Made by a program: the position numbers and the translations under genes. Source: the human T2T-CHM13v2.0 reference genome, Homo sapiens. Taken from it: a stretch of 64,000 nt of DNA. The stretch lies in NCBI RefSeq assembly GCF_009914755.1, contig NC_060943.1; one strand, given 5' to 3'. Below the pieces are notes generated by a model. It was not told where the DNA came from and did not search any database. It saw only the letters and a program-made list of their open reading frames with translations. Positions 39,031 to 63,453 of the stretch are shown here, piece after piece. Positions within the stretch are counted from its first letter, which is position 1, and each line of letters begins with the position of its first letter.

Positions 39031-39155
39031 GCCGGGCACAGTGGCTCACGCCTTTTGGAGGCCAAGGCGGGCGGATCACCTGAGGTCAGGAGTTCTAGAC
39101 CTGCCAGGCCAACATGGTAAAACCTCATCTCTACTAAAAATACAAAAATTAGCTA

Positions 39156-39293
<138 letters not shown>

Positions 39294-39439
39294 TCACAAA
39301 AATTTACATAAATAAAATGAAAAGTAAAATAAAAATACAAAAGTTGGCCGGGTGCGTTTGCTCACGCCTGTAATCCCAGCACTTTGGGAGGGTGAGGCAG
39401 GCAGATAATGAGGTAAGAAGATCGAGACCATCCTGGCTA

Positions 39440-39649
<210 letters not shown>

Positions 39650-39823
39650 TTAGCCAGGGGTGTTGGTGGGTGCCTGTAATCCCAGCTATTTGGGAGGCTA
39701 AGGCAGAAGAATTTCTTGAACCTAGGAAACGGAGGTTGCAGTGAGCCGAGATCACACCTCTGTACTCCAGCCTGGACAACAGAGCGAGACTTTGTCTCAA
39801 AAAAAAAAAAAAAAAAAAAACTA

Positions 39824-40159
<336 letters not shown>

Positions 40160-40933
40160 TTAAGGCGAGTGACAAGGAACGCCCAGGATGTGGCCCAGGA
40201 TGGAGTAGGGGGGACACTCATTTAGGAGAAAGCTCAGGCCACAAGACAGGAGGAGCCAGCCTTGTTGGGGTTGAAGGGAAGAGCATTCCAGGCTGAGGGA
40301 ACTGCAAGGCGTTTGCATGGGACACTATGGGATGGCTTCTGCCCTTGGTGGGCAGCCTCTGGTCTGAGGCCATTCTTTGGCCTGCCTGACTGTCTGGCAA
40401 CCGGGAGGAAGCCCTGCCCTTCCTGGAGACAGAAACAAAGGTCTAGGAAATATCTGCTTCCCTTTTCCTTGAAAAACGCTTAAGGGAACGGAGGACTGGG
40501 AGGTGCCGTCTCTCTCTGCCAGCCTGCCCCCTACCATAGCCATCCCACTCCCATCTCAGAAAGTGACCCGCCATCCTCCAAAAGGCTCGGACCCTGATCA
40601 AGGAGTCATCCCCCTTGTCCCAGCACCTCCAGTTGGCCCAGCCTCCAAAACGGATGTCAAATTCAGCCCTTTCTCCAAGGACACTGCCCAGTCCAGGCCC
40701 CACTATCATTCATCTGGACTAGAACAGTCACCTCCTCTCCCATCTCCTGGCTGCAGCTCTTGAAGCCTCAACTGGGCCCCTGTGAACACTTGAGTTAGGG
40801 CAAGGTCCTTCCTCTGCTCAGAACCCTCTATACCTCCCACCTCGCTGGGCATAAAAGCCAAAGTCCTGGCCAGGCACGGTGGCTCACATCTGTTATCCCA
40901 GCACTTTGGGAGGCCAAGGGGGGCGGATCACTA

Positions 40934-41245
<312 letters not shown>

Positions 41246-41312
41246 CTAAGCCTGCTCCAGCCACACTGTTCTCCTGGCTGTTCCTTTTTTTTTTTTTTTT
41301 TTTTTTTTTTGA

Positions 41313-41504
<192 letters not shown>

Positions 41505-43027
41505 TGAACTCCTGGGCTCAAGTGATCCTCCCATCTCGGCCTCCCAAAATGCTGGGATTACAGGTGGGAGCCGCGCCCAGGTGGATTTTTGTCTGACTCT
41601 GTTCATTCCTGTGTCCCCAGTACCTGGAAGGACGCCAAGCACACAGTAGGCGCTTAAAAAACATTGAGCCACATGTTGAGAAAAGAACGGCACCATTGTG
41701 GCTGCAAGTGGGACTTGGGCCGCGCGGGGGAGCTCGCGCACCTCGGGCCGGGGCAAGAGCTCAGTGGAACCCGCCCGAGGAAGAACCCGTGGCGCAGGAT
41801 TTTCCCAGGCCTTCTGAGGACCAGGGGCGTCCCCCGTCCCACCCTGTGACTTTGCTCAGGCCGTTCCGGGGCGGGAATTCAGAACTCCTCAGCCCCCCAA
41901 GAAAAAAATATCCCCGTGGAAATTCCTTGGGAATGACCGAGGCGGGGGAAATATGCGTCTCTGGATGGCCAGTGACTCGCAGCCCCCTTCCCCGATAGGA
42001 AGGGCCTGCGCGTCCGGGGACCCTTCGCTTCCCCTTCTGCTGCGCGACCTCCCTGGCCCCTCGGAGATCTCCATGGCGACGCCGCGCGCGCCCCACAACA
42101 GGAAAGCCTTAGGCGGCGCGGCTTGGTGCTCGGAGACTTAAGAGTACCCAGCCTCGACGTGGTGGATGTCGAGTCTTGGGGTCACACGCACAGGCGGTGG
42201 CCAAGCAAACACCCGCTCATATTTAGTGCATGAGCCTGGGTTCGAGTTGCCGGAGCCTCGCGCGTAGGGCAGGGGTTCGAGCGCCCCTTCTCCCTGCCTC
42301 GCCTCTGCGCCTGGGGGCTGCTGCCTCAGTTTCCCAGCGACAGGCAGGGATTTCGAGCGTCCCCCTCCCCTCCCTCGTCAAGATCCAAGCTAGCTGCCTC
42401 AGTTTCCCCGCGGAGCCTGGGACGCCAGCGGAGGGGCTCGGCGCGTAGGGATCACGCAGCTTCCTTCCTTTTTCTGGGAGCTGTAAAGACGCCTCCGCGG
42501 CCAAGGCCGAAAGGGGAAGCGAGGAGGCCGCCGGGGTGAGTGCCCTCGGGTGTAGAGAGAGGACGCCGATTTCCCCGGACGTGGTGAGACCGCGCTTCGT
42601 CACTCCCACGGTTAGCGGTCGCCGGGAGGTGCCTGGCTCTGCTCTGGCCGCTTCTCGAGAAATGCCCGTGTCAGCTAGGTGTGGACGTGACCTAGGGGGA
42701 GGGGCATCCCTCAGTGGAGGGAGCCCGGGGAGGATTCCTGGGCCCCCACCCAGGCAGGGGGCTCATCCACTCGATTAAAGAGGCCTGCGTAAGCTGGAGA
42801 GGGAGGACTTGAGTTCGGACCCCCTCGCAGCCTGGAGTCTCAGTTTACCGCTTTGTGAAATGGACACAATAACAGTCTCCACTCTCCGGGGAAGTTGGCA
42901 GTATTTAAAAGTACTTAATAAACCGCTTAGCGCGGTGTAGACCGTGATTCAAGCTTAGCCTGGCCGGGAAACGGGAGGCGTGGAGGCCGGGAGCAGCCCC
43001 CGGGGTCATCGCCCTGCCACCGCCGCC

Positions 43028-43051
43028 CGATTGCTTTAGCTTGGAAATTCC
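43028..43051 (+). promoter_or_regulatory. ICAM1: ICAM1 C/EBP + proximal NF-kB composite
   Basis: CGATTGC 43028-43034 and TGGAAATTCC 43042-43051 (established TNF response element). Confidence 0.9.
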
Positions 43052-43108
43052 GGAGCTGAAGCGGCCAGCGAGGGAGGATGACCCTCTCGGCCCGGGCACC
43101 CTGTCAGT

Positions 43109-43204
43109 CCGGAAATAACTGCAGCATTTGTTCCGGAGGGGAAGGCGCGAGGTTTCCGGGAAAGCAGCACCGCCCCTTGGCCCCCAGGTGGCTAGCGCTA
43201 TAAA
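43109..43204 (+). promoter_or_regulatory. ICAM1: ICAM1 core promoter: Ets sites, GAS palindrome, Sp1, TATA
   Basis: CCGGAA 43109-43114, TTCCGG 43131-43136, TTTCCGGGAAA 43153-43163 (STAT1 GAS), CCGCCC 43170-43175, TATAAA 43199-43204. Confidence 0.9.
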
Positions 43205-43268
43205 GGATCACGCGCCCCAGTCGACGCTGAGCTCCTCTGCTACTCAGAGTTGCAACCTCAGCCTCGCT

Positions 43269-43335
43269 ATGGCTCCCAGCAGCCCCCGGCCCGCGCTGCC
43301 CGCACTCCTGGTCCTGCTCGGGGCTCTGTTCCCAG
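43269..43335 (+). CDS. ICAM1: ICAM1 (CD54, 532 aa) exon 1, signal peptide
   Basis: MAPSSPRPALPALLVLLGALFP; the 7 exons sum to 1599 nt. Confidence 0.98.
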
Positions 43336-43574
43336 GTGAGTCGGGGTGGGGATTGCCGTCGGGCCAGTTCTCCGAAGCCCCGGGAGGACCGGCTCCCGGG
43401 TCAGGTCATGCATGCTTAGGTAGCTGTTTATGGGAAGGAGGGGCTAGAGACAGCGATTGAAAGGCAACAGCCAGTAGGTTCGAATCCAGACCCTGCATAC
43501 CTCCACGTGTGGCCTTGGGCTATAGATTGCAGCTTTAAAAAAGGGTAGGGGGTTGGAGATGGAGGGGAGGGGCG

Positions 43575-46775
<3,201 letters not shown>

Positions 46776-46873
46776 TTAAGGCTGTGCCTCCAGCACCCAG
46801 CACAGGCTGGGCGCACATTCCCTTGATGAACCTGATTTGTAATGCCTGTCGCCTCTTCCCTCGTTTCTTCTAG

Positions 46874-47137
46874 GACCTGGCAATGCCCAGACATCTGTGT
46901 CCCCCTCAAAAGTCATCCTGCCCCGGGGAGGCTCCGTGCTGGTGACATGCAGCACCTCCTGTGACCAGCCCAAGTTGTTGGGCATAGAGACCCCGTTGCC
47001 TAAAAAGGAGTTGCTCCTGCCTGGGAACAACCGGAAGGTGTATGAACTGAGCAATGTGCAAGAAGATAGCCAACCAATGTGCTATTCAAACTGCCCTGAT
47101 GGGCAGTCAACAGCTAAAACCTTCCTCACCGTGTACT
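46874..47137 (+). CDS. ICAM1: ICAM1 exon 2, Ig D1
   Basis: PGNAQTSVSPSKVILPRGGSVLVTC...GIETPL...TFLTVY. Confidence 0.98.
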
Positions 47138-47328
47138 GTGAGTAACTGAGCCCGGAGGGCTGGACTAGGCAGACCTGGTGGGAGAGACGTGCAGGGGCAC
47201 CTGCAGAGGCCTGGGGGAATCTTTGCCACTTGCTCGTAGGGTCAAGGAGGGGCTCCTTGCAGGGCAGGTGGGGACATCCTTGGAAAGTCCCTTTGTGAAT
47301 TTCTTTGGGTACAATTAAAGTATTTACA

Positions 47329-55290
<7,962 letters not shown>

Positions 55291-55590
55291 GTGCACTGGG
55301 CTGCTGAATTTATTTGACCAGACACCTAGCAATAGACTTTGAAGTTCTTTTCCACTTTTCACTCTAAGATGCTGCTGTCATGAATAAGGAATATTTTGAT
55401 CCCCTTCACAAACACTCGGGGCCCTCTTACCAGTTTTCACTGAAGATCTTGACATTCCTATCTGCTTAGGTGTCTGGGCGTGTTTGGGGGAGATACTGAA
55501 GAGGTAGGGCTCCCAGGCAGGTGCAGTTCGTCTGTTAGGCAGGCAGCAAGGTCCACTTCACCAGACACCCCCACCTCTGTTTTCCTGCAG

Positions 55591-55896
55591 GGACTCCAGA
55601 ACGGGTGGAACTGGCACCCCTCCCCTCTTGGCAGCCAGTGGGCAAGAACCTTACCCTACGCTGCCAGGTGGAGGGTGGGGCACCCCGGGCCAACCTCACC
55701 GTGGTGCTGCTCCGTGGGGAGAAGGAGCTGAAACGGGAGCCAGCTGTGGGGGAGCCCGCTGAGGTCACGACCACGGTGCTGGTGAGGAGAGATCACCATG
55801 GAGCCAATTTCTCGTGCCGCACTGAACTGGACCTGCGGCCCCAAGGGCTGGAGCTGTTTGAGAACACCTCGGCCCCCTACCAGCTCCAGACCTTTG
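55591..55896 (+). CDS. ICAM1: ICAM1 exon 3, Ig D2
   Basis: [12 protein letters not shown]...YQLQTF. Confidence 0.98.
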
Positions 55897-56142
55897 GTGA
55901 GGATTGAAGAAGCCAGCAGGGAGAAGGTGGGGGTGGGGTATCCTGCAATGCGGTGCCTGTGGCCACAGGATCTTTTGAGATGGGTGTGGCCCCGGCTAAG
56001 GGGTGCATGTGTTCTAGGCGTATGTGACCTAGGCTGCTGAGTGGCCCTGGAAGAGGATCTCGCAGGAGGGGGAATGAAATGCCCCAGAGAAGGGCTTCGG
56101 GACGTCCATCCCTGTCTGCTCACACCTTTCTTCTCTCCCTAG

Positions 56143-56430
56143 TCCTGCCAGCGACTCCCCCACAACTTGTCAGCCCCCGGGTCCTAGAGGTGGACACGCA
56201 GGGGACCGTGGTCTGTTCCCTGGACGGGCTGTTCCCAGTCTCGGAGGCCCAGGTCCACCTGGCACTGGGGGACCAGAGGTTGAACCCCACAGTCACCTAT
56301 GGCAACGACTCCTTCTCGGCCAAGGCCTCAGTCAGTGTGACCGCAGAGGACGAGGGCACCCAGCGGCTGACGTGTGCAGTAATACTGGGGAACCAGAGCC
56401 AGGAGACACTGCAGACAGTGACCATCTACA
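56143..56430 (+). CDS. ICAM1: ICAM1 exon 4, Ig D3
   Basis: VLPATPPQLVSP...QTVTIY. Confidence 0.98.
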
Positions 56431-56512
56431 GTAAGAAGGGGCAGGGGCGGAGTGGGGCTTCTTGGGGGTGTGACCTGAACCCGGGGCGGGGCTCACTGTG
56501 TGCCTATTCCAG

Positions 56513-56767
56513 GCTTTCCGGCGCCCAACGTGATTCTGACGAAGCCAGAGGTCTCAGAAGGGACCGAGGTGACAGTGAAGTGTGAGGCCCACCCTAGAGC
56601 CAAGGTGACGCTGAATGGGGTTCCAGCCCAGCCACTGGGCCCGAGGGCCCAGCTCCTGCTGAAGGCCACCCCAGAGGACAACGGGCGCAGCTTCTCCTGC
56701 TCTGCAACCCTGGAGGTGGCCGGCCAGCTTATACACAAGAACCAGACCCGGGAGCTTCGTGTCCTGT
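56513..56767 (+). CDS. ICAM1: ICAM1 exon 5, Ig D4
   Basis: [12 protein letters not shown]...RELRVL. Confidence 0.98.
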
Positions 56768-56892
56768 GTGAGTGGGGCTGCTGGTCAATGGCCCCTATCC
56801 CCCAAGGCCCAATCTCCCTGAAGGTCCCATAAGGTCTTGCCTCCAAGTCCTGCCCCCACCCACCTCCATGTCATCTCATCGTGTTTTTCCAG

Positions 56893-57138
56893 ATGGCCCC
56901 CGACTGGACGAGAGGGATTGTCCGGGAAACTGGACGTGGCCAGAAAATTCCCAGCAGACTCCAATGTGCCAGGCTTGGGGGAACCCATTGCCCGAGCTCA
57001 AGTGTCTAAAGGATGGCACTTTCCCACTGCCCATCGGGGAATCAGTGACTGTCACTCGAGATCTTGAGGGCACCTACCTCTGTCGGGCCAGGAGCACTCA
57101 AGGGGAGGTCACCCGCAAGGTGACCGTGAATGTGCTCT
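56893..57138 (+). CDS. ICAM1: ICAM1 exon 6, Ig D5
   Basis: [16 protein letters not shown]...[10 protein letters not shown]. Confidence 0.98.
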
Positions 57139-57224
57139 GTGAGTGAGCCGGCGGGCAGAGCTGGGTGGGGGCAGGGGCCATGGACCTAATGCAATCCTCA
57201 CCGCCTGTTGTATCCTCCCCACAG

Positions 57225-57397
57225 CCCCCCGGTATGAGATTGTCATCATCACTGTGGTAGCAGCCGCAGTCATAATGGGCACTGCAGGCCTCAGCACGTA
57301 CCTCTATAACCGCCAGCGGAAGATCAAGAAATACAGACTACAACAGGCCCAAAAAGGGACCCCCATGAAACCGAACACACAAGCCACGCCTCCCTGA
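57225..57397 (+). CDS. ICAM1: ICAM1 exon 7, transmembrane + cytoplasmic tail
   Basis: [37 protein letters not shown]...ATPP*. Confidence 0.98.
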
Positions 57398-57893
57398 ACC
57401 TATCCCGGGACAGGGCCTCTTCCTCGGCCTTCCCATATTGGTGGCAGTGGTGCCACACTGAACAGAGTGGAAGACATATGCCATGCAGCTACACCTACCG
57501 GCCCTGGGACGCCGGAGGACAGGGCATTGTCCTCAGTCAGATACAACAGCATTTGGGGCCATGGTACCTGCACACCTAAAACACTAGGCCACGCATCTGA
57601 TCTGTAGTCACATGACTAAGCCAAGAGGAAGGAGCAAGACTCAAGACATGATTGATGGATGTTAAAGTCTAGCCTGATGAGAGGGGAAGTGGTGGGGGAG
57701 ACATAGCCCCACCATGAGGACATACAACTGGGAAATACTGAAACTTGCTGCCTATTGGGTATGCTGAGGCCCCACAGACTTACAGAAGAAGTGGCCCTCC
57801 ATAGACATGTGTAGCATCAAAACACAAAGGCCCACACTTCCTGACGGATGCCAGCTTGGGCACTGCTGTCTACTGACCCCAACCCTTGATGAT

Positions 57894-57933
57894 ATGTATT
57901 TATTCATTTGTTATTTTACCAGCTATTTATTGA
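57894..57933 (+). promoter_or_regulatory. ICAM1: ICAM1 3'UTR AU-rich element
   Basis: Two TATTTATT cores in a T-rich tract. Confidence 0.7.
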
Positions 57934-58208
57934 GTGTCTTTTATGTAGGCTAAATGAACATAGGTCTCTGGCCTCACGGAGCTCCCAGTCCTAATCACAT
58001 TCAAGGTCACCAGGTACAGTTGTACAGGTTGTACACTGCAGGAGAGTGCCTGGCAAAAAGATCAAATGGGGCTGGGACTTCTCATTGGCCAACCTGCCTT
58101 TCCCCAGAAGGAGTGATTTTTCTATCGGCACAAAAGCACTATATGGACTGGTAATGGTTACAGGTTCAGAGATTACCCAGTGAGGCCTTATTCCTCCCTT
58201 CCCCCCAA

Positions 58209-58216
58209 AACTGACA
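58209..58216 (+). promoter_or_regulatory. miR-223 8mer site in ICAM1 3'UTR
   Basis: AACTGACA complementary to the miR-223-3p seed. Confidence 0.6.
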
Positions 58217-58467
58217 CCTTTGTTAGCCACCTCCCCACCCACATACATTTCTGCCAGTGTTCACAATGACACTCAGCGGTCATGTCTGGACATGAGTGCC
58301 CAGGGAATATGCCCAAGCTATGCCTTGTCCTCTTGTCCTGTTTGCATTTCACTGGGAGCTTGCACTATGCAGCTCCAGTTTCCTGCAGTGATCAGGGTCC
58401 TGCAAGCAGTGGGGAAGGGGGCCAAGGTATTGGAGGACTCCCTCCCAGCTTTGGAAGCCTCATCCGC

Positions 58468-58690
58468 GTGTGTGTGTGTGTGTGTATGTGTAGACAAGCT
58501 CTCGCTCTGTCACCCAGGCTGGAGTGCAGTGGTGCAATCATGGTTCACTGCAGTCTTGACCTTTTGGGCTCAAGTGATCCTCCCACCTCAGCCTCCTGAG
58601 TAGCTGGGACCATAGGCTCACAACACCACACCTGGCAAATTTGATTTTTTTTTTTTTTCCAGAGACGGGGTCTCGCAACATTGCCCAGAC
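58468..58690 (-). mobile_element. Antisense Alu (J-type) with (TG)n-converted tail in ICAM1 3'UTR
   Basis: (TG)n 58468-58490 then ctcgctctgtcacccaggctggagtgcagtgg... Confidence 0.9.
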
Positions 58691-58706
58691 TTCCTTTGTG
58701 TTAGTT

Positions 58707-58712
58707 AATAAA
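58707..58712 (+). terminator. ICAM1: ICAM1 poly(A) signal
   Basis: AATAAA followed ~25 nt later by GT-rich ttgtgtgagttg. Confidence 0.9.
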
Positions 58713-59027
58713 GCTTTCTCAACTGCCTCAGCCTTGTGTGAGTTGAGGGGAGGTGTCACATCCAGCTGGAGTCCTTTCTAAGCAGCCACAGCCTGATCCT
58801 CCCACTTCCTCCCCCAAGAAAACATTGTGGGTTGATGGCCATACCCTGAGGTTCTGGTCCAAATCGGACTTTCTATGACCTTCTGGGTCTCTAGTGAAAA
58901 CTAAAGACTCCTCTCCAGAAAAAAACATTTGGTTTCTAATGAGGCCTGGAATCTTATTCTTGACCTGGGGAGCGGAATCCCTTTTTGCAGTACTCCCGGG
59001 CCCTCTGTTGGGGCCTCCCCTTCCTCT

Positions 59028-59075
59028 CCAGGGTGGAGTCGAGGAGGCGGGGCTGCGGGCCTCCTTATCTCTAGA
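59028..59075 (+). promoter_or_regulatory. ICAM4: ICAM4 erythroid-type promoter
   Basis: CACCC box (GGGTG 59031-59035), GC box 59044-59052, GATA (TTATCT 59065-59070), no TATA. Confidence 0.7.
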
Positions 59076-59124
59076 GCCGGCCCTGGCTCTCTGGCGCGGG
59101 GCCCCTTAGTCCGGGCTTTTTGCC

Positions 59125-59518
59125 ATGGGGTCTCTGTTCCCTCTGTCGCTGCTGTTTTTTTTGGCGGCCGCCTACCCGGGAGTTGGGAGCGCGCTGGGAC
59201 GCCGGACTAAGCGGGCGCAAAGCCCCAAGGGTAGCCCTCTCGCGCCCTCCGGGACCTCAGTGCCCTTCTGGGTGCGCATGAGCCCGGAGTTCGTGGCTGT
59301 GCAGCCGGGGAAGTCAGTGCAGCTCAATTGCAGCAACAGCTGTCCCCAGCCGCAGAATTCCAGCCTCCGCACCCCGCTGCGGCAAGGCAAGACGCTCAGA
59401 GGGCCGGGTTGGGTGTCTTACCAGCTGCTCGACGTGAGGGCCTGGAGCTCCCTCGCGCACTGCCTCGTGACCTGCGCAGGAAAAACACGCTGGGCCACCT
59501 CCAGGATCACCGCCTACA
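59125..59518 (+). CDS. ICAM4: ICAM4 (Landsteiner-Wiener glycoprotein, 271 aa) exon 1
   Basis: MGSLFPLSLLFFLAAAYPGVG...SRITAY; donor gtgagg; exons sum to 816 nt. Confidence 0.97.
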
Positions 59519-59647
59519 GTGAGGGACAGGGGCTCGGTCCCGGCTGGGGTGAGGGGAGGGGGCTGGAAGAGGTGGGGGAAGGGTAGTTGACAGTCGCTCT
59601 ATAGGGAGCGCCCGCGGACCTCACTCAGAGGCTCCCCCTTGCCTTAG

Positions 59648-59950
59648 AACCGCCCCACAGCGTGATTTTGGAGCCTCCGGTCTTAAAGGGCAGGAAATAC
59701 ACTTTGCGCTGCCACGTGACGCAGGTGTTCCCGGTGGGCTACTTGGTGGTGACCCTGAGGCATGGAAGCCGGGTCATCTATTCCGAAAGCCTGGAGCGCT
59801 TCACCGGCCTGGATCTGGCCAACGTGACCTTGACCTACGAGTTTGCTGCTGGACCCCGCGACTTCTGGCAGCCCGTGATCTGCCACGCGCGCCTCAATCT
59901 CGACGGCCTGGTGGTCCGCAACAGCTCGGCACCCATTACACTGATGCTCG
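59648..59950 (+). CDS. ICAM4: ICAM4 exon 2, Ig D2
   Basis: KPPHSVILEPPVLKG...APITLML. Confidence 0.97.
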
Positions 59951-60097
59951 GTGAGGCACCCCTGTAACCCTGGGGACTAGGAGGAAGGGGGCAGAGAGAG
60001 TTATGACCCCGAGAGGGCGCACAGACCAAGCGTGAGCTCCACGCGGGTCGACAGACCTCCCTGTGTTCCGTTCCTAATTCTCGCCTTCTGCTCCCAG

Positions 60098-60648
<551 letters not shown>

Positions 60649-61299
60649 CTAAGGGTCCGCATTACTGCCCTTCTTCGGAGGAACTGGTTTGTTTTTGTTG
60701 TTGTTGTTGTTTTTGCGATCACTTTCTCCAAGTTCCTTGTCTCCCTGAGGGCACCTGAGGTTTCCTCACTCAGGGCCCACCTGGGGTCCCGAAGCCCCAG
60801 ACTCTGTGTATCCCCAGCGGGTGTCACAGAAACCTCTCCTTCTGCTGGCCTTATCGAGTGGGATCAGCGCGGGCCGGGGAGAGCCACGGGCAGGGGCGGG
60901 GTGGGGTTCATGGTATGGCTTTCCTGATTGGCGCCGCCGCCACCACGCGGCAGCTCTGATTGGATGTTAAGTTTCCTATCCCAGCCCCACCTTCAGACCC
61001 TGTGCTTTCCTGGAGGCCAAACAACTGTGGAGCGAGAACTCATCTCCAAAATAACTTACCACGCTGGAGTGAGACCACGAATGGTGGGGAGGGGAGGGTC
61101 CCACGGACATATTGAGGGACGTGGATACGCAGAAGAGGTATCCATGTGGTGGCAGCCGGGAAGGGGTGATCAGATGGTCCACAGGGAATATCACAAACTC
61201 GAATTCTGACGATGTTCTGGTAGTCACCCAGCCAGATGAGCGCATGGAGTTGGGGGTGGGGGGTGTCAAAGCTTGGGGCCCGGAAGCGGAGTCAAAAGC

Positions 61300-62155
61300 A
61301 TCACCCTCGGTCCCTTGTTCTCGCGTGGATGTCAGGGCCCCCACCCACCGAGCAGAAGGCGGACTCAGGGGCGCTCCAGGGTGGCTCGAGCTCACACACG
61401 CTGAGTAGACACGTGCCCGCTGCACCCTGGGTAAATACAGACCCGGAGCCGAGCGGATTCTAATTTAGACGCCCGCGAACGCTGCGCGCACGCACACGTG
61501 TCCTCGGCTCGCTGGCACTTTCGTCCCGCCCCCTCCGTCGCGTGCGGGAGCTGACCCGGAGGGGTGCTTAGAGGTATGGCTCCGCGGGGTCAAAAGGAGA
61601 AGGATCAGTGAGAGAGGCATCCCCACACCCTCCCCTAGAACTGTCCTTTCCCCATCCAGTGCCTCCCAAATCTCTCTTAGTCCCCAAATGTATCCCCGCC
61701 CTAAGGGGCGCTGGTGGGAGGAGCTAAATGTGGGGGCGGGGCTCGGAGTCCAGCTTATTATCATGGCATCTCAGCCAGGGCTGGGGTAGGGGTTTGGGAA
61801 GGGCAACCCAGCATCCCCCGATCCCAGAGTCGCGGCCGGGGATGACGCGAGAGAGCGTGGTCGCCCCCAGAAGGCCCTGGGCCATCATGCCGGCCTCCAC
61901 GTAGACCCCAGGGGTCGCTCACTCCTGCCAGCTCGCCTTCACCAAGGCCAGGAGCTTAGCGCACGCTCGCCTCCCGCCCCCCCGCCGCCTCTGCCGCCGC
62001 CCCCTCCTTGGAAACCAAGTTACCAACGTTAAACCAATCCCCAAGCGCAACTCTGCCTCCCCCACACCCCACCCGCCGCGCCGCGCGGAGCCGTCCTCTA
62101 GCCCAGCTCCTCGGCTCGCGCTCTCCTCGCCTCCTGTGCTTTCCCCGCCGCGGCG
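61300..62155 (+). promoter_or_regulatory. ICAM5: ICAM5 CpG-island promoter
   Basis: GC boxes, CCAAT 62034-62038, E-boxes CACGTG 61410 and 61495, NRF1-like TGCGCGCACGCA 61483-61494. Confidence 0.75.
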
Positions 62156-62237
62156 ATGCCAGGGCCTTCGCCAGGGCTGCGCCGGGCGCTACTCGGCCTC
62201 TGGGCTGCTCTGGGCCTGGGGCTCTTCGGCCTCTCAG
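62156..62237 (+). CDS. ICAM5: ICAM5 (telencephalin) exon 1, signal peptide
   Basis: MPGPSPGLRRALLGLWAALGLGLFGLS; donor gtaaga. Confidence 0.96.
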
Positions 62238-63183
62238 GTAAGAGCCCCGCTCTGGTTCGGGGTGGACAGGGCGGGGGCGGAGTCCCTGGACCTGAGAAAC
62301 GGCCTCCTGTCCCTCCCAGCTCTGCCCTCGCCTCGCTCCCACGCCTCTGCCCCCACCTCGAGCCTGAGTCTTCTCCCCTTCCCCCTCCTCCCCAACACAC
62401 ACCCGAGCCCCAGCTTCCTGACTCCTCGATAGCCCCTACCCGCTTCGAGATCCTAGGTGTTCTTCCGCACCCAACCCTTCGCCCTGGAGACCCAGTGTCT
62501 CTCCTGTCCGCTCCCCGGGTACCTCCTTACGCTGTGCTGTGCACCATGGTCCACGGACTGGCATCTTCCCCACTCGCGGTCCGCGAAGACTCCATCTCTC
62601 CAACTACCCTGACTCAGAGGCGCTGTTCCCGCTCCACCCAGAGCCCTGGCAACCGGGTCCCTCAGCTGTTCCCGCGGTTCCTTCCATGAGCCCAGCCTTG
62701 CGTCCCGGCTCCGTGTTCTTCACCGGGTGTAGGGTCCTTCCTGATCCTTGACCCAGCCTCGTCTCTCCTTTGCCCTTGCCGCAAACGCACTCTCCTCGTA
62801 TCCCGGCATTCTGCCAGGACCCTGAGAACTGGTTCATCCCCCATCCCCCATCCCGGGTCCCCTTCTCTCAGCCTTGCTGTGTTCATCCAAGAACCCACCT
62901 TTCCTCTCCTCTACGCCCTCCCCCCATGCTTTCCCGCCGCTCCATCGGCGCTTTGGAGACCATGGCTCTCTGCTACCACGTCCCAGAGACACCCTCGAGG
63001 TTTAGACTCTGGGAGTGCGCCTTTAAACCGGAGGCCTGGGCAGGACGCGGGACGCCTGGGTTCTTTCCCTGGCTGCAGCCTCTCCTCCTCCTCCCCGCCC
63101 TCTGAGAACCCTTGACTCGACATAGGGGCGCTAAGATGTCAGGGAGTTGGCTCCCCAGGCTCAGCCCGCGTTTCCCTGGGCAG

Positions 63184-63453
63184 CGGTCTCGCAGGAGCCC
63201 TTCTGGGCGGACCTGCAGCCTCGCGTGGCGTTCGTGGAGCGCGGGGGCTCGCTGTGGCTGAATTGCAGCACCAACTGCCCTCGGCCGGAGCGCGGTGGCC
63301 TGGAGACCTCGCTGCGCCGAAACGGGACCCAGAGGGGTTTGCGTTGGTTGGCGCGGCAGCTGGTGGACATTCGCGAGCCGGAGACTCAGCCCGTCTGCTT
63401 CTTCCGCTGCGCGCGGCGCACACTACAGGCGCGTGGGCTCATTCGCACTTTCC
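63184..63453 (+). CDS. ICAM5: ICAM5 exon 2, Ig D1
   Basis: AVSQEPFWADLQPRVAFVERGGSLWLNC...GLETSL...LIRTF. Confidence 0.96.

Larger units (their letters stand above)
41700..43410. promoter_or_regulatory. ICAM1: ICAM1 upstream/promoter CpG island
   Basis: High CpG; AP-1-like TGACTCG 41973 and TGATTCA 42945-42951; distal TATA-like 42902-42910. Confidence 0.85.

Noticed and set aside
41923-41933. TTCCTTGGGAA as a STAT site
   Set aside because: TTC-N5-GAA spacing fits neither GAS (N3) nor STAT6 (N4)
62531-62635. Possible RE1/REST site in ICAM5 intron 1 (tgtgcaccatggtcc; ggcgctgttcc)
   Set aside because: Too many mismatches; half-sites too far apart
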